Counted from the first letter of the stretch, positions 36,328-45,482 are shown. The stretch is 50,871 nt of DNA from an uncultured Candidatus Saccharibacteria bacterium (GCA_964408305.1 CAYOYW010000001.1:11410-62280), one strand, 5' to 3'. Made by a program: numbers and translations. Notes: a model not told the origin generated them from the letters alone.

Positions 36328-38028
36328 CTAGTCCTCCTGTAGATCAACAACACTTTTCACTTCTTCAAAATCAGTAATACCTTGGAGTATTTTTACAAGA
36401 CCGTCCTCTTTCATATCGAGGTAACCCTGTTTTTCTGATATTTTTTTGATCTCTCTTTCGCTTAGGTTTTGGGTAATAACTTTTTCAATAGCTTCATCAG
36501 TCTTGATCACTTCAAATATACCAAGCCGTCCTTTATAGCCGGTGTTGTTACACTTTTCACACCCTTTTGCCCTCCAGAGTTTTTGGATATCTTTCGTTAC
36601 CCCAAAAGAAGTCATGTCTTTACCTTCTGAAACTGCTTGATCCCAAATGGCGTCAATAATCTTTCGCTCTTCTTCAGTGACCGGTTGTTCTTCTCTACAA
36701 GCGGTACAAAGTTTTCGTACAAGTCGTTGCGCAATAGAGAGCGTAAGTGCGGAGACTAAAATCTTTGGGTTCACTTCAAGGTCAATGAGTCGAGGAATCA
36801 CACCTTGTGCATTGTTCGTGTGCAGTGTCGAGAACACCATATGTCCAGTGAGTGCAGATTCTACGGCTATTTTTGCTGTTTCGGGATCTCGGATTTCTCC
36901 CACCATAATGACATCAGGGTCTTGTCGTAGCGCACTACGGAGTCCTTCGAGGAAGGTGTACCCTTTTTTGTGGTCGGTCTGTGTTTGTGTAATACCAGCG
37001 AGGTGGTATTCGATAGGGTCTTCAATGGTGATAATCTTTTTTTCTGGAGAATAAATTTTTTGCAGGAAAGCATAGAGTGTTGTCGTTTTACCAGATCCGG
37101 TCGGACCAGTAAGAAGGATCATCCCGTTTGGTTTTTTAATTTCTTCAGTAAAGAGAGCAAAGAGTGGGGGAGAAATACCAAGCTCTTCGAGTTTTACATG
37201 AATAGACTTTGGATTAAGGATACGGAGCACAATACTCTCGCCGTATGCGCCTGGTATCATTGAAGTACGAAAACTAATCTCGTCTTCACCAAGAAATGCA
37301 CTAAAGCGACCATCTTGAGGGTTGCTTGAAATAGTAAGTTTCATTCCTGAAAGAAGCTTGATACGAGTATTTATTTGTTTATAGGTTTCAAAATCAAAGT
37401 AGGTAATTATTTGAAGCACACCATCGAGACGAAAGCGAAGCTCCACTTTGTCTTCCATTGGCTCAACATGTACATCAGAAGCACCAATACCAATACCAGC
37501 ACCAAGGACGATTTCTAGTATTCTTGAAATATGTTGCTTTGCATCTTTTTCACCGATCGCAGTCTCTATCTCCAGAACCGCATCAGCCGTCGTTTTTATT
37601 TTTTTACTAAGTTCTGCCAAGATATCCTGGGAAATATCGAGTCCTCCTTTTCGAGAGGTTGTTGCAAATGAAAGATCTTGATACCTTCCCCACACTTTTT
37701 CAATACTTTTGTGTGATGCCATTACCATGGTTACAACAAAACCTTTCGCTTCAAGCACCTCTTTTGCTTTTACCGCTCCTTCTGCAAGAGGAGAGAGGAC
37801 TGCGAGAAAAAGCTTCTTCCCGATAAGTTTATAGGGGCCAACACCAAAGGTGCGGGCTTCGTTTTCAGAGAGAAGTCTGATGGCGTCATTATCAATAGGC
37901 TGTGAAGATAAGTCGATATAATCGAGGTCATACTTATCTTGCGCGAGCATTGCAACGAGGTTCTCTTCCTCGCCATCGCGCAGCTCATGGAGGCGCTTTT
38001 GTTGTTCATCTTCATTGAAACGGACCAT
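36328..38028 (-). CDS. pilB: type IV pilus / type II secretion assembly ATPase (PilB/GspE family)
   Basis: N-terminal GSPII_E_N-like domain, Walker A LLTGPTGSGKTTTLY, Asp box, Walker B VIMVGEIRD, His box TGHMVFSTLHTN, and a tetracysteine CTAC...CEKC. TATACT lies 9 nt upstream (38038-38043, reverse strand). Confidence 0.88.
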   Translation of the reverse strand: MVRFNEDEQQKRLHELRDGEEENLVAMLAQDKYDLDYIDLSSQPIDNDAIRLLSENEARTFGVGPYKLIGKKLFLAVLSPLAEGAVKAKEVLEAKGFVVTMVMASHKSIEKVWGRYQDLSFATTSRKGGLDISQDILAELSKKIKTTADAVLEIETAIGEKDAKQHISRILEIVLGAGIGIGASDVHVEPMEDKVELRFRLDGVLQIITYFDFETYKQINTRIKLLSGMKLTISSNPQDGRFSAFLGEDEISFRTSMIPGAYGESIVLRILNPKSIHVKLEELGISPPLFALFTEEIKKPNGMILLTGPTGSGKTTTLYAFLQKIYSPEKKIITIEDPIEYHLAGITQTQTDHKKGYTFLEGLRSALRQDPDVIMVGEIRDPETAKIAVESALTGHMVFSTLHTNNAQGVIPRLIDLEVNPKILVSALTLSIAQRLVRKLCTACREEQPVTEEERKIIDAIWDQAVSEGKDMTSFGVTKDIQKLWRAKGCEKCNNTGYKGRLGIFEVIKTDEAIEKVITQNLSEREIKKISEKQGYLDMKEDGLVKILQGITDFEEVKSVVDLQED

Positions 38029-38102
38029 TGCTTCTAAAGTATAGCCTAAAATAAGAGTTTTTTCTCGGTTTTTCTATCTTAAAAAGGTAGCAATAAAGGA
38101 CA

Positions 38103-38131
38103 TTGACAAAAGCTTCTGTTTGTGCTATCAT
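38103..38131 (+). promoter_or_regulatory. consensus-like sigma70 promoter upstream of the compositional-outlier gene
   Basis: TTGACA (38103-38108), a 17-nt spacer, then TATCAT (38126-38131). This predicts a ~33-nt leader, unlike the very short leaders implied for most other genes here. Confidence 0.5.
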
Positions 38132-38170
38132 TTACTCAGAAAAAAAATTGTTAAACCAAATCATTTTCTC

Positions 38171-39160
38171 ATGAAAAAGATTAAAGTTCTTTTACTCGCC
38201 GTGTGCCTGTTTGGCGCAACGGCTCATATGAAAGCGCAAAAACAACAGTATGTGAAGTTTACCTCCATTCCCGAAGATGCAACCGCAAGCCAGAAGGGTT
38301 CAATGCTGAAAAAAGCCATGAAAGGAGAACAGATACCGGGCGCTAGCGTTCGTGCATCTGCTGATTCCTACACTGCAGTTTTCGGCCAGGATACCTACGA
38401 CAAGGTGATGAAGGCAAAAAACCTGATCATCGGTCCGGCAAAAGGTGGTGAAAAAAACTTCGCTATCGGACCTAACGGCCCGGAACAATCAGGAACACTG
38501 AAAGAAGGCACAGAAATCATCTCTCTGCCCGATGGAACTCCTGTTGCAAAGGTTGGTACGAATTTCTGTTTCAATGCACTGTTACCGGCTGACGCCATTG
38601 CCGCAGATGATGGAGAAGATGAAGACAACCAGATCGTTGTTAAAAAGGATAAAACCAAGACAGCGAATACTGGAGCTCCAACCATCATTAATGTGGGAAC
38701 ACAAGGTAATCAGCAGGAATTGACCTGGTCGGCAGGATATGCCGTGTATTCAACAGGTCGCAATGACCGCCAAAACGATTTTGTGGTGGACGCTGCGCTG
38801 TACAAAATGATCCAGGATTCCAAGCAATGCTGCACGGGGGGTACAACGAATGTTGCTACTACACCAACACCGTATGCTATTACTACACCGGCAGCTACTG
38901 GAGCACAACAGGTAGTGTATGTACAGAAACAAAGTGTTCCGTTCGGGCAGACCTTTATAGGGCAGACCCTTGCTAATGGAACCGGATATGTTCTGGGGAC
39001 ATATACCGTCCGGGGTATCGACGCCCTTGCCGGCAGAATTGCCAGCAACAACGGGTATCGCTATCTGTACACACCGACAACAAACCAATCTGGCGATTTC
39101 GAACCATCTAACCAGCAGGGAAACTATGACAACACCTGGCGACTCGGTAATGGTAACTAA
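38171..39160 (+). CDS. secreted hypothetical protein with atypical composition (candidate foreign gene)
   Basis: Track ORF trimmed to MKKIKVLLLAVCLFGATAHMKAQ (signal peptide). 329 aa, rich in Q/N/T/G. It uses CTG, CCG, GCC and GGC codons frequently, which I saw only rarely in the genes I compared. Hand tallies of three 60-nt lines gave 43-53% GC, versus ~40% in flanking genes. No family recognised. Confidence 0.65.
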   Translation: MKKIKVLLLAVCLFGATAHMKAQKQQYVKFTSIPEDATASQKGSMLKKAMKGEQIPGASVRASADSYTAVFGQDTYDKVMKAKNLIIGPAKGGEKNFAIGPNGPEQSGTLKEGTEIISLPDGTPVAKVGTNFCFNALLPADAIAADDGEDEDNQIVVKKDKTKTANTGAPTIINVGTQGNQQELTWSAGYAVYSTGRNDRQNDFVVDAALYKMIQDSKQCCTGGTTNVATTPTPYAITTPAATGAQQVVYVQKQSVPFGQTFIGQTLANGTGYVLGTYTVRGIDALAGRIASNNGYRYLYTPTTNQSGDFEPSNQQGNYDNTWRLGNGN

Positions 39161-39177
39161 AGCGCTTTTCGTATGAT

Positions 39178-39198
39178 GGAGATGGCCAAGCCATCTCC
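39178..39198 (+). terminator. GC-rich hairpin terminator after the outlier gene
   Basis: ggagatggc / caa / gccatctcc forms a perfect 9-bp stem 18 nt after the stop codon. It is followed by tcattcttt. Confidence 0.6.
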
Positions 39199-39300
39199 TC
39201 ATTCTTTAGAGTCTTATCAAAGATAGGGCTCTGTAGAGTGATAATCGTTATAAGAATAATTAAAAAAATTATCCATTATAATATAAAGAGTAAAACATAT

Positions 39301-41331
39301 ATGAAAAAATTTATTATTTCGACAATCTTCGCATTCTTTGGGCTAGCAACACTAGCTTCTTCAGCACATGCGCAGGCTGTCTTTAACAATCCGGGTCCAA
39401 TGCCGACCCTTACTATTTCGAATTCAACACGAACAGTCTGTAACTACGGACCTATTACTGGTTGTTGGCAACCTACAACAACAGCACAGCCAGGTGATGT
39501 TGTTGCTGTCCAGGTGCATTACAAAAATACCAGTACTACCGCAGCACAAGGAACAACACTCTCAATATCACCTCGAACTTCTAGTGCAGTAAGTGCACTC
39601 AATTTTTATGGGGGCGTTGCCTCTCTCTCAGGTCCTCGAGCAACAGGAAATGCATCAGTAAGTATTTCAAGTTCGCAAACAGTGACTTATATTGCTGGCT
39701 CAGCAAAGTGGTACCCAAGTGCAACAAGTGGTTCACGACCAGTTGATGACGCTGCGCTTTTTGGCACAAGTGGTTTCAATGTTGGTACTGTAAACCCAGG
39801 AGAACAAGGGGCACTCGTTGCTTTCTTTAAGATCGGAAACACAACAACGCAAACTTATCAATGTAACGATGGTATTGATAACGATAGTGATGGTCTCATC
39901 GACTATCCAGCTGATCCTGGCTGTTCATCTTCAACAGATAATGATGAATATAACAGTGGGCAGTCACAGCAGTGTGTGATTGATAGCTTCTATGCTTCTC
40001 CAACACAAGTAAGTCCTGGTGGAAATACAACACTGTATTGGAATACAACAGGTTGTACCAGCCTTACTATCGATGGTATTTCTTACCCGATTGATGGATC
40101 AGGTGTCTTTGGACCACTCTACCAGAGTCGCTCATACCAACTTCAAGCTTCTGGCTATGGATACAGCCCAACAAGTTCTGTTGTGGTTACCGTAAACCAA
40201 ATCAACCAAACAACATATCAATGTAATGATGGATATGATAACGATGGTGATGGAAGAATTGATTATCCGAACGACCCTGGCTGTTCATCTTATTATGATA
40301 ATGATGAATATAATCCCGTTATAAACCCAACAACATATCAATGTAATGATGGATATGATAACGACAGTGACGGAAAGGTAGACTACCCAAATGATCCTGG
40401 TTGTTCATCTTACTATGATAATGATGAATACAACCAAGTAGTAAGCACTCAACTTCAAGCGATTACTACAACACCAAGTGCTATTGGGCAGACAACAGCA
40501 CGCCTCAATGGTATTGCCGTTTCAAACTACGGGTATGCAACAACTGCATGGTTTGAATGGGGCACCAGTGCTTCGTTTGGAAATAGAACAGGAAGCCAGT
40601 CTGTAGCAAGTGCAACAAGTGGTACTTACTACACTGACACAATTTCAGGACTTGTTCCAGGTGGTGTGTACTACTACCGAGCAGTTGTTCAAAATCAAAC
40701 AGGAATTTCATATGGAGAACCTGTTCGATTTCAAACAGATAAAGGTGCGGTTGTACTTCCTCCAAAAGTAGTAACACAGGTAGTGAAGAACAATGTTGTT
40801 GTTGCAAAGAGCGCAGCATCACTCCTTGAGCTCCGAGTTGATAACTCATACGACCGAATGTGTGTTGGGGGAGATATGAACTACAGTGTTTCTTATCGAA
40901 ACATAAGTGGTCAAACACTCCAAAACGCAGTGCTTCGAATTACTCATCCAAAAGAGCTCACCTTTATCAATAGCTCTAAAGGGGATTATGAGGTTGTTGA
41001 CCGAACAGTAACTATTGCACTTGGCGATATTCGACCAGGAGAGCAAGGTGTGGTTCAGGTACGAGCTCGAGTGAACAACCAAGCTATTTCTGGAAATCTT
41101 GCAGTAACAACAGCAACAGTGGTTTACACAAATACTGTTTCGAAGGCACAAGAAGATGCAATTGCATACTCGCTTATCACTGTTTCAGACGACTGTCCTA
41201 GTGGTCTCGGTGCAAGCGCCTTCGGTGCAGGATCGTTCCTCCCATCAACACTGCTTGGATGGCTCCTTCTTATCCTTATTATCCTTGCGCTTATCGTGAT
41301 TGCACGACAGCTCTACAAGAAAAAGGCATAA
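39301..41331 (+). CDS. large surface protein with Cys/Asp-rich repeats, DUF11/CARDB-like beta domains and an LPxT-type C-terminal anchor
   Basis: Track ORF trimmed to MKKFIISTIFAFFGLATLASSAHAQ (signal peptide). Three TYQCNDGxDNDxDGxxDYPxDPGCSSxxDNDEYN modules. The C-terminus ...FLPSTLLGWLLLILIILALIVIARQLYKKKA has an LPST motif, a hydrophobic helix and a basic tail. Confidence 0.75.
   Translation: MKKFIISTIFAFFGLATLASSAHAQAVFNNPGPMPTLTISNSTRTVCNYGPITGCWQPTTTAQPGDVVAVQVHYKNTSTTAAQGTTLSISPRTSSAVSALNFYGGVASLSGPRATGNASVSISSSQTVTYIAGSAKWYPSATSGSRPVDDAALFGTSGFNVGTVNPGEQGALVAFFKIGNTTTQTYQCNDGIDNDSDGLIDYPADPGCSSSTDNDEYNSGQSQQCVIDSFYASPTQVSPGGNTTLYWNTTGCTSLTIDGISYPIDGSGVFGPLYQSRSYQLQASGYGYSPTSSVVVTVNQINQTTYQCNDGYDNDGDGRIDYPNDPGCSSYYDNDEYNPVINPTTYQCNDGYDNDSDGKVDYPNDPGCSSYYDNDEYNQVVSTQLQAITTTPSAIGQTTARLNGIAVSNYGYATTAWFEWGTSASFGNRTGSQSVASATSGTYYTDTISGLVPGGVYYYRAVVQNQTGISYGEPVRFQTDKGAVVLPPKVVTQVVKNNVVVAKSAASLLELRVDNSYDRMCVGGDMNYSVSYRNISGQTLQNAVLRITHPKELTFINSSKGDYEVVDRTVTIALGDIRPGEQGVVQVRARVNNQAISGNLAVTTATVVYTNTVSKAQEDAIAYSLITVSDDCPSGLGASAFGAGSFLPSTLLGWLLLILIILALIVIARQLYKKKA
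39853..40434 (+). repeat. intragenic ~102-nt module in three copies (39853-39954, 40213-40314, 40333-40434)
   Basis: Copies 2 and 3 are exactly 120 nt apart. They are near-identical except mostly for synonymous third-position changes and the xGxx residues. Copy 1 is more diverged. Confidence 0.85.
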
Positions 41332-41355
41332 TAAAGATACAAAAAAAGAATGCAT

Positions 41356-41382
41356 AAAACCCTGCCAGAGAGGCAGGGTTTT
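41356..41382 (+). terminator. rho-independent terminator of the surface-protein gene
   Basis: aaaaccctgcc / agaga / ggcagggtttt forms an 11-bp stem ending in T residues, 25 nt after the stop. Confidence 0.65.
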
Positions 41383-41400
41383 ATGCTACTATGGCTTTAT

Positions 41401-41850
41401 ATGAAGCGATCATACTCACAAAAAGAGCTTTCTGAGGTAGCAAGAGAAGTGCTCTCTTCTATTAAACCGCTTGATGATAAGGCAACTGTTATCGCTCTGT
41501 ATGGGGAGCTTGGTGCAGGAAAAACAACACTCGTGCAGGCTATTGCATCAGAGCTTGGTGTTGAAGAGCTTGTGGTGAGCCCTACTTTTGTGATCGCAAA
41601 GTGGTATAAAACTAATGCCAACACCTTCTACACACTAGTGCACATTGATGCTTACCGTATTGACTCAGAAGAAGAAATGAAAATACTTGGCTTTACTGAG
41701 CTTTTAAAACAACCTCGGGCACTCGTGATAGTAGAATGGCCAGAAAAAATACCAGAAACACTTTCAACGCTTCATGTAGAAATGTTTACGCTTCACCATG
41801 ATGGAGAAGTTAGAGTGATTGAAGGACCGTTACCGTATGAAGGAAAGTAA
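41401..41850 (+). CDS. tsaE: tRNA t6A37 biosynthesis ATPase TsaE (YjeE)
   Basis: Track ORF trimmed to MKRSYSQ... because 41350-41400 contains the upstream terminator. TACTAT lies 8 nt upstream. Walker A GELGAGKTTLVQ, plus SPTFVI and HIDAYR. Confidence 0.85.
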   Translation: MKRSYSQKELSEVAREVLSSIKPLDDKATVIALYGELGAGKTTLVQAIASELGVEELVVSPTFVIAKWYKTNANTFYTLVHIDAYRIDSEEEMKILGFTELLKQPRALVIVEWPEKIPETLSTLHVEMFTLHHDGEVRVIEGPLPYEGK

Positions 41851-44212
41851 CAAAAAAGAAAAGCACAAAAAACAAACACTGGTGATACTTGATGCACACG
41901 CAATTATTCACCGTGCATACCACGCACTTCCTTCTTTCACTAAATCTGATGGGGAACCAACGGGAGCACTCTACGGTGTTGCAACAATGACACTGAAACT
42001 CATCGAATCTTTTAAGCCCGACTATATTGTTGCGGCATTTGATCTTCCTAAGCCAACATTTCGTCATGAATCATATAAGGCATATAAAGCGGGGCGAGCA
42101 AAGGCAGAAGATGCTCTCGTTGCGCAACTACAAACTGCAAGAGAGCTTTTTGCAGGATTTAATATTCCTGTTCTCGATGCAGAAGGGTTTGAGGCTGACG
42201 ATGTTATTGGTACGCTCGTAGAGCAGTACAAAAAAGAAAAAGATCTCGACATTATCATTGCTTCTGGAGATATGGACACCATGCAACTCATTGAAGGTAC
42301 AAAGGTCCGAGTTTTTACCTTACGAAAAGGGCTTAATGACACAGTTATTTATGATGAATCAGAGGTGTTGAAGCGGTTTGGCTTTAAACCAGCACAACTT
42401 GTTGACTACAAAGGACTCCGCGGAGACCCATCGGATAACATTATTGGTGTTCCTAGTATTGGGGAAAAAACAGCAACAACAATTATTACCACCTGTGGTT
42501 CTATTGAGAAACTCTATGAAATGCTTCATAAAAAAAGAGAAACACTCCTTAATGCAGGCATCACCGAGCGAATACTAAAGCTTTTAGAGGAACATAAAGA
42601 CGATGCGCTTTTTTCAAAAACACTTGCAACAATCAGACGAGATGCGCCTCTTTCATATACACTCCCACAAGAAACATATCTTGCATCTGTTGATACAAAA
42701 CAGCTTCTTGAGGTTTTTGGAAAATATGAATTTAGAAGCTTAAACCATAGAGTCAAAAAGATTTTTTCAATTGAAGAGGATATCTCTCCAGAGGAGACAA
42801 ACCTCGACGAAGCACTACTCCAAAGAGTAAGTGTTGCACTCTGGGTACTCTATTCAGAAAATACAACCCCTTCCTACGACACTATTCTTCAAAAAACAAA
42901 AGCAAAAAATCTTGCCGAAGCATGGCAAATTATTCAGGAAGAACTCTCAAAGAGAAACCTGTCAGCAGTTTTCTCAAAAATAGAAGAGCCACTTATTCCA
43001 ATTATTTCAGAGATGGAAAAGACCGGGATTCTTGTTAACAAGGTGTTGCTTGAACAGACAAAAAAAGAAATACAAAAAAGGTTGGCAGAAATAGAAAAAG
43101 CGGTCACTGAGCATGTTGGGAAGAGTATCAACCTTAATTCACCCAAGCAACTTTCGGAACTTCTCTTTGGGTCTCTTGGATTAAAACCAAAAGGAAAGAA
43201 AAAGGAAAGCGGTGCTTTTACGACAAATGCTGAAGCACTCGAAACACTGAAAGATGAGCACCCAGTTATACCGCTTATTCTTGAACACCGAGAACTGCAA
43301 AAGATTCTTTCAAGCTATCTTGAAAGCCTCCTTGAACATATTGGGCAAGATGGAAGAATTCATGCAAAGTTTTTTCAGCACGGTACAACAACAGGCAGGT
43401 TTTCTTCTGCGGATCCAAACCTCCAAACGATTCCTGCAAGTGGAACATGGGGCCGCTTAGTACGAAGAGCTTTTATTGCAAAACCAGGGTCTGTTTTTAT
43501 TAGTTGTGATTATTCTCAGATTGAACTGAGGGTCTTGGCAATGCTCTCGGGTGATGAAAAACTCGTTGCTTCTTTTGAGAGAGGGGACGATATTCATAAT
43601 GCTGTTGCTTCTATTGTGTTTGGTGTTTCTTCAAAAGAAGTCACGCCTGATATGAGACGAAGCGCAAAGGTAATTAACTTTGGCATTATTTATGGTATGG
43701 GAGTTTCTGCGCTCCAAAAGAATCTTGGAACAACAAGGGAAAAAGCACAGCAATTCTACGATGAATACTTTGCTGCATTTCCAACAATTAAGAACTACCT
43801 CGAAAGTACCAAGGAATATGCACGAGTACATGGGTATACTGAAACAGCATTTGGTCGGAGAAGATACTTTCCAACGATCACTTCAAAACTTCCATTTCTC
43901 CGTTCCTTTGCAGAGCGAATGGCATCAAATGCGCCACTCCAGGGCACAGCGGCTGATATTATTAAGCTTGCAATTATTGCCATTGATAATGCACTAAGAG
44001 TGAGAGGTTTTGTAGGGAAGGCAGATCTTGTGCTCCAAGTACACGATGAGCTGGTTTATGAAGTAGAAGAGGCCTGTGCCCGAGAGGTTAATGCAATTAT
44101 CATTCAGTCTATGATTGGGGTCATTGATCATTCACCGGTTCCACTAACGCTTACAAATGTCCCTCTTACTGTTTCGAGCTCGACAGGGGCAAACCTCGAC
44201 GAAACAAAGTAG
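41837..44212 (+). CDS. polA: DNA polymerase I (5' nuclease + polymerase domains, short intervening region)
   Basis: 5' nuclease motifs LVILDAHAIIHRAYHA and GDPSDNIIGVPSIGEKTA. Polymerase motif A ISCDYSQIELRVLA, motif B RRSAKVINFGIIYG, motif C LQVHDELVYE. Start taken at MKESNKK (14-nt overlap with tsaE). Confidence 0.92.
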   Translation: MKESNKKEKHKKQTLVILDAHAIIHRAYHALPSFTKSDGEPTGALYGVATMTLKLIESFKPDYIVAAFDLPKPTFRHESYKAYKAGRAKAEDALVAQLQTARELFAGFNIPVLDAEGFEADDVIGTLVEQYKKEKDLDIIIASGDMDTMQLIEGTKVRVFTLRKGLNDTVIYDESEVLKRFGFKPAQLVDYKGLRGDPSDNIIGVPSIGEKTATTIITTCGSIEKLYEMLHKKRETLLNAGITERILKLLEEHKDDALFSKTLATIRRDAPLSYTLPQETYLASVDTKQLLEVFGKYEFRSLNHRVKKIFSIEEDISPEETNLDEALLQRVSVALWVLYSENTTPSYDTILQKTKAKNLAEAWQIIQEELSKRNLSAVFSKIEEPLIPIISEMEKTGILVNKVLLEQTKKEIQKRLAEIEKAVTEHVGKSINLNSPKQLSELLFGSLGLKPKGKKKESGAFTTNAEALETLKDEHPVIPLILEHRELQKILSSYLESLLEHIGQDGRIHAKFFQHGTTTGRFSSADPNLQTIPASGTWGRLVRRAFIAKPGSVFISCDYSQIELRVLAMLSGDEKLVASFERGDDIHNAVASIVFGVSSKEVTPDMRRSAKVINFGIIYGMGVSALQKNLGTTREKAQQFYDEYFAAFPTIKNYLESTKEYARVHGYTETAFGRRRYFPTITSKLPFLRSFAERMASNAPLQGTAADIIKLAIIAIDNALRVRGFVGKADLVLQVHDELVYEVEEACAREVNAIIIQSMIGVIDHSPVPLTLTNVPLTVSSSTGANLDETK

Positions 44213-44230
44213 GTGATACAATAGAGCTAT

Positions 44231-44692
44231 ATGGAACCAAAACAGCAACCATCGGTACACCAAGTGCTTGCGCAATCATACCTTGTGTACTTTTTGCTCT
44301 GTAGCATAGGCCTTTTTGTTGATCTTATTATTCCTTTTACTATCAGTATGCCGTATAGTCTTCCGCTTGCGATTATCTTTTTTGCGCTTGGTCCGGCACT
44401 TATTTTTTGGGCACAGTACACCTCTTGGCGTTTTGAAAAAATAAAACAGCAAACAGGCAGACCAGACTTTAGCCGTGGACCGTATCGCTTTTTAAGAAAC
44501 CCAACACAGTTTGGCCTTGTACTACTTGTCGCAGGCTACGCTTTTGCGAGCCGAGCAGCAATGCTTTTTGTTGCAACAGGAGTTGCATACCTCATCTCAA
44601 ATATCTTCTTTCGAAAACACGAAACAATTCTTGAATCAAAATATGGAGAAGACTACCAGTCTTACAAAAGCTCGGTTCCTAAAATAATGTAA
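44231..44692 (+). CDS. isoprenylcysteine carboxyl / phospholipid methyltransferase family membrane protein
   Basis: 4 TM helices and GPYRFLRNPTQFGLVLLVAGYAF, the ICMT/PEMT-type motif. Confidence 0.7.
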   Translation: MEPKQQPSVHQVLAQSYLVYFLLCSIGLFVDLIIPFTISMPYSLPLAIIFFALGPALIFWAQYTSWRFEKIKQQTGRPDFSRGPYRFLRNPTQFGLVLLVAGYAFASRAAMLFVATGVAYLISNIFFRKHETILESKYGEDYQSYKSSVPKIM

Positions 44693-44693
44693 C

Positions 44694-45314
44694 ATGCTCT
44701 ATCTTATTGTCAGTGCTGATCCCTCAAATCGAATACAAAAGAGAAATGAGATTCTCAAAAAAAATAAAGGAACAGTCATCACCCTTGATGATTCACTCAC
44801 TGATCTTTTTGAACTTCGCGCATATCTTTTTCCTTCACTTTTCTCTTTTGAAGCGCCTATTATTCACGGGAAGTTTTTGATCGAAAAAAATAAAGAACTT
44901 CTTACCACAGCTCTTTTGAAAGAACTTATTGCAAGCCCAAGCATCTTTCTTCTTGAAGAGAGTGAGCTTCCTACGACACTTGTTAGTCTTTTTGAAAAAG
45001 AAAAAGCTTTCGTTTTTCATGAGAAAAAAATTTCTAAAAAAGGTGATTCAAACAACATTTTTGGTGTCACTGTTGCTCTTACTGGTAAAACAAAAAAAGA
45101 TCGATGGATCGCTTTTCGAAAAGCACTTGAAAACCACAGTGCTGAGGCGCTTGTTGGTATCTTGTATTGGAAACTTCGATCACTTATTGAAAATGCTCCA
45201 AAAGATGAACAGCTAAAAAAAACATATACTTGCTTTATGAAAGCACATAAGGAAGCGTGGCAGAAAGGAATACCACTTGAAGTTGCTCTTGAAAAAATTA
45301 TTTTAAAAAACTAG
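44694..45314 (+). CDS. hypothetical protein (possibly a short DNA polymerase III delta-like protein)
   Basis: 206 aa, starting 1 nt after the previous stop. The N-terminus LYLIVSADPSNRIQKRNEIL and the helical C-terminus faintly recall HolA. Weak. Confidence 0.45.
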   Translation: MLYLIVSADPSNRIQKRNEILKKNKGTVITLDDSLTDLFELRAYLFPSLFSFEAPIIHGKFLIEKNKELLTTALLKELIASPSIFLLEESELPTTLVSLFEKEKAFVFHEKKISKKGDSNNIFGVTVALTGKTKKDRWIAFRKALENHSAEALVGILYWKLRSLIENAPKDEQLKKTYTCFMKAHKEAWQKGIPLEVALEKIILKN

Positions 45315-45325
45315 AAAAAAAAGAA

Positions 45326-45344
45326 CCCACCTGTAAAAGGTGGG
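45326..45344 (-). terminator. hairpin terminator of the reverse-strand dsbB operon (possibly bidirectional)
   Basis: cccacct / gtaaa / aggtggg. On the reverse strand the stem is followed by TTCTTTTTTTT. Confidence 0.55.
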
Positions 45345-45482
45345 CTTATAAGTTGTGCGCCGAAGCGCTATAGAGAGAGATGATGCGTTGTTTTAATTTT
45401 GTAAAGGTACTTCTTTTTAAGAACAATCTTTTTGCCTGACGAGGCGAGGAACGATTCTGCTCTTATTGTACTACAATGACAA

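Noticed and set aside
38300-39202. Antisense or alternative-frame ORFs within the compositional island (38300..38488, 38395..38688, 38710..39051, 38750..39202, 38970..39176)
   Set aside because: The higher GC content reduces stop-codon frequency in all frames. Only the + frame starting at 38171 has a signal peptide, promoter and terminator.
39853-40434. Repeat modules as template/variable repeats of a diversity-generating retroelement
   Set aside because: There is no reverse transcriptase nearby. Differences between copies are mostly synonymous third-position transitions rather than adenine-specific substitutions.
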